IMG/VR virus record: IMGVR_UViG_3300025066_000078
Span: 1-35,306 of that record
Reading direction: 5' to 3' (one strand)
DNA: 35,306 nt
DNA from: a virus
Taxonomy: Duplodnaviria; Caudoviricetes
The position numbers and the translations under genes were made by a program. This document shows positions 16,295 through 25,391 of this stretch, one piece after another. Every line of letters begins with the position of its first letter. Within the stretch, counting starts at the first letter, position 1. The notes beneath the pieces are model-generated. The model worked only from the letters and a program-made list of their open reading frames with translations, was not told where the DNA came from and ran no database searches.

Positions 16295-16596
16295 CTACCC
16301 CACCCGAAAAATTCGTAAACATAAGTGTGGATGAATTGCCAATCGATCAAACTCCAAAATTCAAAATAGGAGATTTGGTCTTTATAAGGCCGGGAGCTGT
16401 CGGAAGTGCGTTCGGTTTTTATTTAAAAGATGGTATGGGCGTTATAGCAGAGGTCACTGCATTTAAGGTGATAGGGTTCGATTGTTACAAACCACAGCCA
16501 ATATATGTTGTGGAATATAAGATTAAGAGAATAGATGGAGGAGAATATTGTCATGTTATGGAAGGTTCTCTTATTTTAGTAGAGACAGATATTTGA
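16291..16596 (+). CDS. hypothetical SH3/KOW-like protein
   Basis: PKFKIGDLVFIR...GMGVIAEV...EYKI; ATGA overlap with the upstream gene. Confidence 0.6.
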   Translation: MTTPPEKFVNISVDELPIDQTPKFKIGDLVFIRPGAVGSAFGFYLKDGMGVIAEVTAFKVIGFDCYKPQPIYVVEYKIKRIDGGEYCHVMEGSLILVETDI

Positions 16597-16611
16597 GATA
16601 CTAGTTATAGT

Positions 16612-16818
16612 ATGAGATATAAAGAAAAATACTTCGTTGTAATCAAGGATCAAGGCATATTTAAAAAGGGTATGACATGCTATTGTTTCAACGAACAAGA
16701 GGACTTCATCTGGGTCTGGTTTCAAAATCCCTTATTTGGCGATTTTCATGAAGCAAAGATATCAAAAGAGAACATGTCCTTATTCCAAGAAAAATCAAGA
16801 TTTTTACTTGATAGGTAG
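16612..16818 (+). CDS. hypothetical protein
   Basis: 68-aa ORF directly after CTAGTTA motif. Confidence 0.5.
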   Translation: MRYKEKYFVVIKDQGIFKKGMTCYCFNEQEDFIWVWFQNPLFGDFHEAKISKENMSLFQEKSRFLLDR

Positions 16819-16822
16819 TAAT

Positions 16823-17086
16823 ATGTTTAAAGAATTTTATAGAAGAATATACAAGTCAAAAAAGACAATTTCAAAAGAATCAGCGGCCAAGCTGATGGAA
16901 GAAAAAGATACTTTGTTGATTAACATACAGAAAAGAGAGCAACAAATTGATAAATTTAGGATTTTGTCAATTGAAGATCCGGATTTTAAAGAGCGATATT
17001 TAAGAAGAATATCTGTTCACAAGGAATATATATTAAAACACAAGAACAGAATTGAGCAAATTGAAATGATTTTGCTTGACAGTTAA
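16823..17086 (+). CDS. hypothetical coiled-coil protein
   Basis: Likely start ATG 16823; charged helical sequence. Confidence 0.55.
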   Translation: MFKEFYRRIYKSKKTISKESAAKLMEEKDTLLINIQKREQQIDKFRILSIEDPDFKERYLRRISVHKEYILKHKNRIEQIEMILLDS

Positions 17087-17104
17087 GACAAAACATGTTA
17101 TAAT
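17076..17104 (+). promoter_or_regulatory. sigma70-type promoter P9 (tRNA promoter)
   Basis: TTGACA 17076-17081, 17-nt spacer, ACATGT-TATAAT 17099-17104. Confidence 0.85.
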
Positions 17105-17119
17105 ATAATTATCACACAA

Positions 17120-17196
17120 GGACTCTTAGCTCAGTTGGTTAGAGCACCCGACTCATAATCGGATGGCCCAAGGTTCAAGTCCTTGAGAGTCCACCA
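17120..17196 (+). tRNA. tRNA with CAT anticodon, most likely tRNA-Ile2 (lysidine type); elongator Met not excluded
   Basis: Acceptor GGACTCT/AGAGTCC, D-arm GCTC/GAGC, anticodon loop CTCATAA, T-loop GGTTCAAGTCC, encoded CCA; G1-C72 paired and no three G-C pairs, so not initiator. Confidence 0.92.
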
Positions 17197-17213
17197 TTTT
17201 TAACGGAGAAAGA

Positions 17214-17486
17214 ATGAAAGTATTCAGCAAGAAAAACCTTCCAAAGGTCAAAACAGTGAGATTCAAATACGAAGTAGGAACAGTAGTGGAGATCCGACCT
17301 TTTTCACTTGGAAGGTTCCACCGAACCGCAATGTCAAAATATAAAGGACAACTTGGAGTTGTTATTGACGTTGGAGACAGCAGACCATTATGGGTAGATG
17401 TTCTCCTATTTTCAGGAAAACACATCAAAATAAGAAAAGAGTTTGTTAAACTTAAGTTTGAATTACTAACAAAGAAAGGGAGATAG
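17214..17486 (+). CDS. hypothetical SH3/KOW-like protein
   Basis: FKYEVGTVVEIR...YKGQLGVVIDV...VDVL. Confidence 0.6.
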   Translation: MKVFSKKNLPKVKTVRFKYEVGTVVEIRPFSLGRFHRTAMSKYKGQLGVVIDVGDSRPLWVDVLLFSGKHIKIRKEFVKLKFELLTKKGR

Positions 17487-17487
17487 C

Positions 17488-18378
17488 ATGGTAGAATTAC
17501 ATTGTCATTTAGATGGGTCGTTAAGGTCCAGTACCTTGGAAGATTTACTCCACCAAAAAAATTACCCAATACCCGAGGATATCTATTTTCATCCGGGAAT
17601 GGGGATACACGACGCACTATCAAAGTTCAAAATAACACTATCGGCTCTCCAAGAACCCGACGCTGTTGAAAGGGTCACAAGAGAGATATGCGAAGACTCA
17701 CGAACATATGGAGTATCCCACACGGAGATAAGGTTTGCCCCACAACTACACAATGGTGCTCACGTCGAAGAGATCGTTGATGCCGCCATTAGTGGGCTCG
17801 ACGAGAACGCCAACCTTATTCTTTGCGGACTATACGGAGAACCACCAAGTGTATTGAATACCCTTGTTGAGATTGCAAGAACTCGCCCAAGAGTTGTCGG
17901 CATTGACCTCGCAGGAGCACCGAGAGAAGAACATCGATATAACCTATTAGACTATGACAAACCATTCACCAAAGCGAGAGATATGGGTCTTGGAAGAACC
18001 GTACATGCCGCTGAAGGGCGTTCGCCAAAGGAAATCGAAGTTGCGATCAACTTCCTTCATGCCCAACGCATTGGTCACGGACTAACACTATTGAATGACT
18101 GGAAGACCCTTGACCTTGTATTGGAAAAAGAAGTAACCATCGAAGCATGCATAACATCCAACCACCATACTGGGGTTATAAAGGCCATTGTCGATCATCC
18201 CATAAAGCAATGGGTTGACGCCGGAGTTAAGGTTGCAGTATGTGCGGATAATATATTATTATCAAATACACTCTTGGCAAAAGAGTATGCTATCGCAAGA
18301 ACATATTGCGATCTCACACATAAGCAAATTAACCAGTGCAAAACAAATGCACAACAAGCTATTTTTCAACGGAGGTAA
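17488..18378 (+). CDS. add: adenosine/adenine deaminase family protein
   Basis: ELHCHLDGS, EIRFAP, GIDLAG, TVHAAEG, RIGHG, E.CITSN, ADN. Confidence 0.9.
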   Translation: MVELHCHLDGSLRSSTLEDLLHQKNYPIPEDIYFHPGMGIHDALSKFKITLSALQEPDAVERVTREICEDSRTYGVSHTEIRFAPQLHNGAHVEEIVDAAISGLDENANLILCGLYGEPPSVLNTLVEIARTRPRVVGIDLAGAPREEHRYNLLDYDKPFTKARDMGLGRTVHAAEGRSPKEIEVAINFLHAQRIGHGLTLLNDWKTLDLVLEKEVTIEACITSNHHTGVIKAIVDHPIKQWVDAGVKVAVCADNILLSNTLLAKEYAIARTYCDLTHKQINQCKTNAQQAIFQRR

Positions 18379-18380
18379 CA

Positions 18381-18713
18381 ATGGCACAAAGAAAAAAACA
18401 ACGGAAAGAGGGAACGGGAACTGGTATTGATACCAAGGACCGCTCAAGAGAGAAGATAGAACCACCAAAGAAGTATAAGATTGTATTACATAACGACGAT
18501 TATACTCCCATGGACTTTGTCGCAGCAGTATTAATTGATGTGTTCCACATGTCTATTGATAAAGCAAATGCGATCACCATGATGGTCCATAATGAGGGCA
18601 AGGGCATTGCCGGCGTTTATTCAAAAGAAATTGCCGAGATGAAGATCATCCGATGTCATGACCACATTAAGAGCCATGCTCATCCCTTGCTTATAACAAT
18701 GGAGGCGGAATGA
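18381..18713 (+). CDS. clpS: ATP-dependent Clp protease adaptor ClpS
   Basis: PKKYKIVLHNDDYTPMDFV...VHNEGKGIAGVYSKEIAE...HPL; RBS GGAGGT before ATG 18381. Confidence 0.93.
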   Translation: MAQRKKQRKEGTGTGIDTKDRSREKIEPPKKYKIVLHNDDYTPMDFVAAVLIDVFHMSIDKANAITMMVHNEGKGIAGVYSKEIAEMKIIRCHDHIKSHAHPLLITMEAE

Positions 18714-18877
18714 ATCAACACGAACAAAAAATGTGGTTATTGGTTGATGGCATTGTCAAAAAGCTCAAACGAGCAAGATATTGGACAACATCAGTCGATG
18801 ATTACAACCGAGAGCTTATGATGGCTCTTTCGCTATTAGAAGAAGTATTGAGAAAGATCGAAAAGGAGAAAAGATGA
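18710..18877 (+). CDS. hypothetical protein (55 aa)
   Basis: RBS GGAGG, ATGA overlaps at both ends; MNQHEQKMWLLVDGIVKKLK... Confidence 0.6.
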   Translation: MNQHEQKMWLLVDGIVKKLKRARYWTTSVDDYNRELMMALSLLEEVLRKIEKEKR

Positions 18878-18954
18878 CTTCATTTTATATATTAATGTTA
18901 TTGAGTATAATCAGTGCGATTATATTGTTTATCGGATGGATCAGTGAAGATTGA
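18874..18954 (+). CDS. 26-aa single-transmembrane microprotein
   Basis: RBS AAGGAG; MTSFYILMLLSIISAIILFIGWISED. Confidence 0.55.
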   Translation: MTSFYILMLLSIISAIILFIGWISED

Positions 18955-19237
18955 TCACATTGCCATGCAGGTTAAAGACCCAAAAGAAGCAGCCGAGTGG
19001 TATCGAGATATCTTTGACGCCGAGATCCTATATGTTGATGATACTTGGGGTCTTGTTCAATTTGAGAATATAAAGCTAGCCTTTGTATCAAAGCACCAAC
19101 ATCCTCCTCATATTGCTTTTGAGGTTGATGAGTTCAACGATAATGATTGTGCTAAGCCCCATAGGGACAGCAGTTTATCCGTCTATAAAGCAGATCCATT
19201 TGGAAACATTTACGAGTTAATCAAGTATAAAAAATAG
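18944..19237 (+). CDS. VOC/glyoxalase-family protein
   Basis: IDHIAMQV.D...A.EWY...F, HIAFEV, Y..DPFGN.YELI; likely GTG start 18944. Confidence 0.85.
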   Translation: MKIDHIAMQVKDPKEAAEWYRDIFDAEILYVDDTWGLVQFENIKLAFVSKHQHPPHIAFEVDEFNDNDCAKPHRDSSLSVYKADPFGNIYELIKYKK

Positions 19238-19319
19238 TTTGTACCAATGATGCGACAAGACTGTTTTCCATTATCTTATATGCTATTTAATATAGCAAAA
19301 AAAACAAAGGAGAATTGCT

Positions 19320-20273
19320 GTGTCTTTATCAATGGTATATGGCTCTATTGGTTTTCTCTTGGCGGCTTATTCCGTTATTGGAAACGATAGTGCTCAAACG
19401 CTCGGAACCTTTATTAGTTCCAACAGCAAAAAGGTTAAATGGTATTGGATGTGGGCTTTCACATCGGTTATCTTGACCGCAACCCTTTTATCGGGTTGGT
19501 ATGGTGGCGATATTGCATTTGGGAGATTGGATAAGATCCCTCTTCCCGAACAGTTCTATTGGTACCACGCAGCAGCACCAATATTGTTGCTCGTCCTTAC
19601 TAGGTTTGGTATTCCCGTCTCGACAACTCTGTTAACCCTTAGTGCGTTCTCAAGTGGTCTTGTCTTGGAGAAGATCATAATGAAGTCCGCTCTCGGTTAT
19701 GGCGTTGCCGCCATTGCTGCTTATGGTATTTGGACGGTGGTCTCTCGGTTTCTCGATGAGAAGCAACCGGTCAAGGAAGAACACAAAAGATATTGGTCGA
19801 TGGCTCAATGGTTCTCAACTGGTCTCTTGTGGTATATGTGGCTGTCTCATGACATTGCCAATGTATTCGTCTATCTTCCAAGAGACGGAGTGTCTCTATC
19901 AACTATGCTTGGAGTTATTGCTATCCTTGTTGGAGGTCTCGCTCATTTGTTCTATACAAAAGGTGGGAAGATTCAAGAGATCGTCTTATCCAAGAGCGGA
20001 ACAAGATTCGTTCGTTCGGCTTGTCTCATTGACTTGTTCTATGCAATGGTTCTTTGGTATTTCAAGATACACAGTGCAATCCCTATGAGCACGACTTGGG
20101 TCTTCGTTGGACTATTGGCCGGCCGAGAGTTGGCCGTCTATCGCACATTCAATAAGGGGAAAGAGATCAACGTGATCTTTCCAATGCTCGTTGCAGACTT
20201 CTTAAAAATTATGATCGGACTTGGATTGTCCGTCGCAGTGGTATCAGGTGTTATTTATTTCGATTCTTTATAG
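19320..20273 (+). CDS. multi-pass membrane protein related to PiT/PHO4 phosphate transporters
   Basis: GNDSAQTLGT, GIPVSTT, HDIAN, IPMSTT internal-repeat signatures; many TM segments. Confidence 0.65.
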   Translation: MSLSMVYGSIGFLLAAYSVIGNDSAQTLGTFISSNSKKVKWYWMWAFTSVILTATLLSGWYGGDIAFGRLDKIPLPEQFYWYHAAAPILLLVLTRFGIPVSTTLLTLSAFSSGLVLEKIIMKSALGYGVAAIAAYGIWTVVSRFLDEKQPVKEEHKRYWSMAQWFSTGLLWYMWLSHDIANVFVYLPRDGVSLSTMLGVIAILVGGLAHLFYTKGGKIQEIVLSKSGTRFVRSACLIDLFYAMVLWYFKIHSAIPMSTTWVFVGLLAGRELAVYRTFNKGKEINVIFPMLVADFLKIMIGLGLSVAVVSGVIYFDSL

Positions 20274-20280
20274 AAAATAC

Positions 20281-20308
20281 TTGACAAATATTACAAACAT
20301 GTTATAAT
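20281..20308 (+). promoter_or_regulatory. sigma70-type promoter P10
   Basis: TTGACA 20281-20286, ACATGT-TATAAT 20303-20308. Confidence 0.85.
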
Positions 20309-20337
20309 ATAAGTATCATAACAACAACGGAGGAATT

Positions 20338-21501
20338 ATGAACAAACCTAAATTAAGAGAAGCGTTTAACTACACAGATATCGAAGACAGAATATCTTCA
20401 CTAGGGTACCAAAACCCTCAAATAGACAAGGGTGATTCTCGACAAAGAGAAGCTTGGTTCCTTATCAAGGAATATAACTTGTCTGTAAAATTATTAAATA
20501 TCAAGAGTCTACAAGGATTATTTGCTAGCCACGAAGATCCTCATTTTGGCTACTTCCAATGCAGGATGACTTCTGAATCTTTTGAAAAAATCGATCAATT
20601 AGAGGAAGAATTCTATGTTGAAGGTAAAAAACTCAACAGACTACCTTTTGTTTTCAAAGTTGATGGCAAATACTATATTTCAATTGGAAACCACAGAGTT
20701 AGAGCAATATTGAAAGGATTTAAAAATTATCCCAATTCACAGTTTACAGGACATTGCATTCTTGTTGACTGTGATGATCTCCTTACTGTTGATGAGAAAA
20801 ACGACATTGGTAGTGATATTGCCAGCCTTTCTAATAAAGAGACAGGTGATGAAACACAACCAGAAACTGCTGAAGATATTGCTCATCAAATTACCACAAA
20901 GTTTGACATCAAATCAAAACTAGACCCTGCAATGTTAAAATATACTGAAGAACAGAAACTAGAATGGGCTGATAAATGGTGCCAAGAATGGAAACCAAAC
21001 ACCTCTTCTAGATTAAAGACAAGGGCTAAGAACATTGCTTTTGCTGGACACATCAGTCAATCCATTCCTTTCCAAGATGATGAGAAGATTAATGTTGAAT
21101 GGAAGAAATACTGGCCTTCATCTACTTGGAGCCCGGAAACTTCTTTAGTTCCACAAAAAAGATATGCTACGCATACTGGTAACTTTCAAAAAACTACAAT
21201 GGCTGCTTTCTTAGCTAGAAAAGTTTGGACGACCACTGGTGATAGAATTCAAGCCTGTGTGAGAGTTGGTGATACTTTAACAAAAGATATCACTAGTGAA
21301 GAATACATAGGGGAACAAAGAGAGTCTTTTATTAGCTTTATGGAAGGCTGGAATAAAAACATAAATGTAAAAAATTCAGGTATGCCAATAATGATGAAGA
21401 TTTTATTTGCTAAGCAAACAGCGAACGGTTGTTATGAAGCTTGGGAATATGATGAATCCTCGGGCAAGTTTGCCAAGAAAAACTTACGAAGGTTAGCCTA
21501 G
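20338..21501 (+). CDS. hypothetical protein with ParB/sulfiredoxin-like N-terminal domain
   Basis: Q.R...IDQL...G....P.V..VDGKYY...GNHRVRA. Confidence 0.55.
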   Translation: MNKPKLREAFNYTDIEDRISSLGYQNPQIDKGDSRQREAWFLIKEYNLSVKLLNIKSLQGLFASHEDPHFGYFQCRMTSESFEKIDQLEEEFYVEGKKLNRLPFVFKVDGKYYISIGNHRVRAILKGFKNYPNSQFTGHCILVDCDDLLTVDEKNDIGSDIASLSNKETGDETQPETAEDIAHQITTKFDIKSKLDPAMLKYTEEQKLEWADKWCQEWKPNTSSRLKTRAKNIAFAGHISQSIPFQDDEKINVEWKKYWPSSTWSPETSLVPQKRYATHTGNFQKTTMAAFLARKVWTTTGDRIQACVRVGDTLTKDITSEEYIGEQRESFISFMEGWNKNINVKNSGMPIMMKILFAKQTANGCYEAWEYDESSGKFAKKNLRRLA

Positions 21502-21572
21502 GGATACATTACAAGAAGAAAAAGCTTTAAACTGGTTGAAAGACTGGGAAATTTAAAAAACAAAAAAAACAC

Positions 21573-21600
21573 TTGACAAATATTATAAACGTGTTATATT
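21573..21600 (+). promoter_or_regulatory. sigma70-type promoter P11
   Basis: TTGACA 21573-21578, ACGTGT-TATATT 21595-21600, CTCGGAGG RBS. Confidence 0.8.
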
Positions 21601-21627
21601 ATAAACATCAATATCTCGGAGGATAAC

Positions 21628-24600
21628 ATGGAAACATATGTAATTTTACAAATTAGACCATTGAGCAAAAGCTACAATGGTATCATTAAAAAACAGGGAG
21701 AGACAATATCTACTTTCCCAATATCACACTTACTTACACTAGGTTTTGATCAAATATCGATTGATAAGGTAGTAACAGACTTTATTGATGATGACCAATC
21801 GACTAAAGATGGGTATTTTGAGTATAGAATATCTCGTAACACGTCTACTGGTCTTGTATCTCAAAACACTAAGCAGATACAAAGAATAATGGATGAAGTA
21901 AAGAGGTGTAATGGGGAAAATAAAAGAGAACAAAGTACATTAAACTTTGTAAACTTACACGCTCATAGTGGTGTAGGCTCGCCGTTTGATGGCTTTGGCT
22001 ACCCACAAGAACACATGGACTTTGCATACCTAAATGGGTGCGACGCCCTTGCACTTACCGATCATGGCAACATGAATGGCTTTGCTTATCAAGTGCTTCA
22101 TGCAAAGAAGATGAAAGAAGCCGGAAAGAACCTCAAGCCAATCTTTGGTGTTGAGGCATATTTTACTCCATCGGTTCCCGAATGGAAGGAGAAGCTCGAA
22201 GAGCTTAAGAAAGATAAGAAGAAAGCCAAGACGATTGATGCTGATCGTTCCGGCACAAATATCGAGGCTGATGGTGAGTCCAAAGGTTTGTCCAAGTCGG
22301 ATATCAATCGTACTCGTCACCTTATTCTTATCGCAATGAACCAAACTGGTCTCAACAACATCTTCAAGATGGTCTCGGAATCTTATCATGGAGACTATTA
22401 CTATCGCAAACCACGCATGGACTATGATCTCCTCGCTAAATATAATGAGGGCGTCATTGCTATGTCTGCTTGTCTTGGCGGAGTGTATGCTGGTTGCTAC
22501 TGGCAGAACCGTGAAGAAGGTGAGGAAGCCATCTTGGACTGCATGCGAGAGACTACTCGCAAAATGCAAGATATCTTCGGTGATCGTTGGTATGGTGAAT
22601 TACAATGGAACAGTGTACCCGAACAGCATGAACTCAATCGATATATTGTTCAAATTGCTGACGAATTCGATATGAAGTTAGTATCAACTGCTGACTCTCA
22701 CTATCCCAATCCTGATGCTTGGGAGCACCGAGAACTATACAAACGTCTTGGTTGGATTGGCAAAGGCAAGCCCGAATGGATGGGCGAATTCCCCGAGGCG
22801 AGGGAAGACCTAGAATTTGAACTCTACCCAAAGAACGGAGACGACATGTGGGAGTCTTACAAGAAATATTCTGAGAAGTGTGGTGTTGAATATGATGACG
22901 ACATGGTTCGAGACTCTATTGAAGAGTCTTGTCACATTGCGTTTGAGAGATGCGAGGACTTCTTGCCCGACACAACTGTTCGTCTTCCGGACTTCGTTGT
23001 CCCTGCTGGATATGAGGAAGACACTTATCTCGAACGACTTGCGTCCGAGGGTTTGTTCTCTCTTCTTAGGAAAAAAGGTTTAATGAGCAAGCAAACGAAG
23101 TCTCGCTCGACTATATACGAGTATGAGGAGCGACTTAAGCATGAGTTAAAGGTAATCGCTGACCGTGGTTTCTCAAAATACTTTCTTACAATGAAAGCTA
23201 TTTCGGATAAAACAAATGAAGTACAACTTTCAGGCCCCGGTAGAGGTTCTGCGGCTGGTTCTCTGGTCGCTTATGCTCTGGGCATCACTCAAATCGATCC
23301 TATTGCTTATGGACTATTATTCTCCCGTTTCCTTCGATCAGATGCTACGGATTATCCTGACATAGATTATGATGTATCTGACCCGATGACTCTCAAGGAC
23401 ATCTTGATTGAACAATGGGGAAATTCAACTGTTGTTCCCATCTCTAACTGGAATACTCTGCAACTACGCTCTCTTATCAAGGACATATCAAAGTTCTATG
23501 AGATTCCGTTCATCGAAGTCAATGCTGTTACTGGCAAAATGATGGCAGAGGCAACACCTCTTGCAAAGAAGAAGCACGGTATCAAGGCCGGCGTGTATAC
23601 TCCAACATTTAATGAAGTCATAGAATTCTCTGATTCTCTTCAGAAGTTCTTCAAGAAGTACCCAGACGTTCAAAGTCACTGCGAGGCTCTACAAGGTTCT
23701 TACAGGTCTTGTTCTCGTCACGCTGGTGGTGTTGTGGTCGGTGAAGGTTTAGACCGCTTTATGCCCCTTATCTCGTCCAAAGGAGTCAGACAGACTCCGT
23801 GGTCTGAGGGCCAAAACGTTCGACAACTTGAACCAATGGGCTTTATCAAATTTGATATACTTGGCTTATCGACTCTTCGTATGATTGAGGACTGTATTGG
23901 TAAGATCCTTCGTCGTCACCATGGTATCGAGAACCCAACGTTTGAGGACATTAAAAAGTTTTATGACGAGCAGCTCCATCCGGATACGATTGATCTCAAT
24001 GACCAAGCAGTCTATGAGACTATCTTTGAAGACGGTAAGTGGATTGGTATCTTTCAGTTCACAGAGAATGGAGCCCAGCGCTTTGCTAAGCAAGCCAAAC
24101 CTAAGTCTATCATTGACCTCTCTGCTATCACTTCTATCTATCGTCCCGGTCCTTTATCGGCTGGTGTTGATAAGTCTTATATTGAGGCAGTTGAAGACCC
24201 ATCAAGTGTGCGGTATCTTCACCCAATCATCGAAGAAATAACCAAAGAGACACATGGTTTCCTTATCTTCCAAGAGCAGATAGCTATGTTGGCTTATCGT
24301 CTTGGTGATGGAATCACAATGGATGAGGCAAATCTACTTCGTAAGATCTTAACCAAGAAAGGAACTGGCAAAGGCTTTGAGGTCAAAGACAAGATACATA
24401 CCAAGTTCATTCGTGGTTGTGTTGGTCATGGTATTGATAAGCATGCCGCTGGGAGACTATGGCAAACCTTTGAGTATTTTTCTGGGTATGGCTTCAACAA
24501 GTCTCACGCTGTCTCTTACTCTGTGATCTCTTATCAATGTGCTTGGCTCTGTACCTATTTCCAAACGGAATGGACGGCTTCATTTTTGGATAAGGAACCA

Positions 24601-25383
24601 GAGTCTCGTAAGGAGAAGGCAATCAACCTTGCTAAGCAACATGGTTATAAGATCAAGCCGTTGCACGTAAACTATTCAGAGGATACTTGGCGTATTGAAG
24701 ATGATGAGACACTCATCGCTCCGTTGACTGGTATCAAGGGCCTTGGTGACTCTGCCTTTGAGCAGATACTTCTTCATCGGCCGTTCAATACTGTCGAAGA
24801 GATGCTATTTCATTCCGAGGTTAAGTACAACAAGCTGAACAAGAAAGCATTTGATGTTCTGTGTAGAGCAGGCGCATTAGATGATTTGGTGGATGAACGT
24901 TTCACAGGTGACAGACACTTCTGGTCTGCCGTATGTGTCGACAAGCCGAGAACTAAGAAGAAACTAGATGAGAACATTGAAAAGTATCGTCCCGAGGGTT
25001 CATTTACCCAAGAGGAGAAGATAGAACACTATGCAAGTCTCACTGGTATCTTCCCTATCTCAATGGTTATGACCAATCATATACAGAACAGACTAGAAGA
25101 GAAGTTCGTCCCTCCTATCTCAGAGTATGACCCCGACTTACAAATCTGTTGGGCTATTCCTCGAAAGGTTGAGAAGAAGAAGACTCGTAATGGTAAGCAC
25201 TACTTTATGATTACTCTTATTGATTCTAACTCTGTTGAAACTAGGATACGTTGTTGGTCTGTGAATCCCGATAAGGATGTGATCTATACCAATAGACCGT
25301 ATATGCTAAAGCCAAAGTATTCATTAGACTGGGGTTTTAGTACTTATGGGAACGTTGATATCGCATGGTCACTTTTAGGATAG
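21628..25383 (+). CDS. dnaE: DNA polymerase III alpha subunit (family C) with ~105-aa N-terminal extension
   Basis: PHP: FVNLHAHS, ALTDHG, GVEAY, ADSHY; polymerase: GPGRGSAAGSLVAYALGIT, PDIDYD, RHAGG, KFDILGL, YRPGP, FQEQ, GYGFNKSHA. Confidence 0.96.
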   Translation: METYVILQIRPLSKSYNGIIKKQGETISTFPISHLLTLGFDQISIDKVVTDFIDDDQSTKDGYFEYRISRNTSTGLVSQNTKQIQRIMDEVKRCNGENKREQSTLNFVNLHAHSGVGSPFDGFGYPQEHMDFAYLNGCDALALTDHGNMNGFAYQVLHAKKMKEAGKNLKPIFGVEAYFTPSVPEWKEKLEELKKDKKKAKTIDADRSGTNIEADGESKGLSKSDINRTRHLILIAMNQTGLNNIFKMVSESYHGDYYYRKPRMDYDLLAKYNEGVIAMSACLGGVYAGCYWQNREEGEEAILDCMRETTRKMQDIFGDRWYGELQWNSVPEQHELNRYIVQIADEFDMKLVSTADSHYPNPDAWEHRELYKRLGWIGKGKPEWMGEFPEAREDLEFELYPKNGDDMWESYKKYSEKCGVEYDDDMVRDSIEESCHIAFERCEDFLPDTTVRLPDFVVPAGYEEDTYLERLASEGLFSLLRKKGLMSKQTKSRSTIYEYEERLKHELKVIADRGFSKYFLTMKAISDKTNEVQLSGPGRGSAAGSLVAYALGITQIDPIAYGLLFSRFLRSDATDYPDIDYDVSDPMTLKDILIEQWGNSTVVPISNWNTLQLRSLIKDISKFYEIPFIEVNAVTGKMMAEATPLAKKKHGIKAGVYTPTFNEVIEFSDSLQKFFKKYPDVQSHCEALQGSYRSCSRHAGGVVVGEGLDRFMPLISSKGVRQTPWSEGQNVRQLEPMGFIKFDILGLSTLRMIEDCIGKILRRHHGIENPTFEDIKKFYDEQLHPDTIDLNDQAVYETIFEDGKWIGIFQFTENGAQRFAKQAKPKSIIDLSAITSIYRPGPLSAGVDKSYIEAVEDPSSVRYLHPIIEEITKETHGFLIFQEQIAMLAYRLGDGITMDEANLLRKILTKKGTGKGFEVKDKIHTKFIRGCVGHGIDKHAAGRLWQTFEYFSGYGFNKSHAVSYSVISYQCAWLCTYFQTEWTASFLDKEPESRKEKAINLAKQHGYKIKPLHVNYSEDTWRIEDDETLIAPLTGIKGLGDSAFEQILLHRPFNTVEEMLFHSEVKYNKLNKKAFDVLCRAGALDDLVDERFTGDRHFWSAVCVDKPRTKKKLDENIEKYRPEGSFTQEEKIEHYASLTGIFPISMVMTNHIQNRLEEKFVPPISEYDPDLQICWAIPRKVEKKKTRNGKHYFMITLIDSNSVETRIRCWSVNPDKDVIYTNRPYMLKPKYSLDWGFSTYGNVDIAWSLLG

Positions 25384-25391
25384 GAGAATTA

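Noticed and set aside
17153-17623. 156-aa minus-strand ORF overlapping the tRNA
   Set aside because: Its C-terminus (MVDSQGLEPWAIRL) is the typical antisense translation of a tRNA
2475-25383. Inteins or group I introns in recA, helicase, nrdJ or dnaE
   Set aside because: Conserved motifs are contiguous, lengths are normal, and no intein splice-junction or LAGLIDADG motifs were seen
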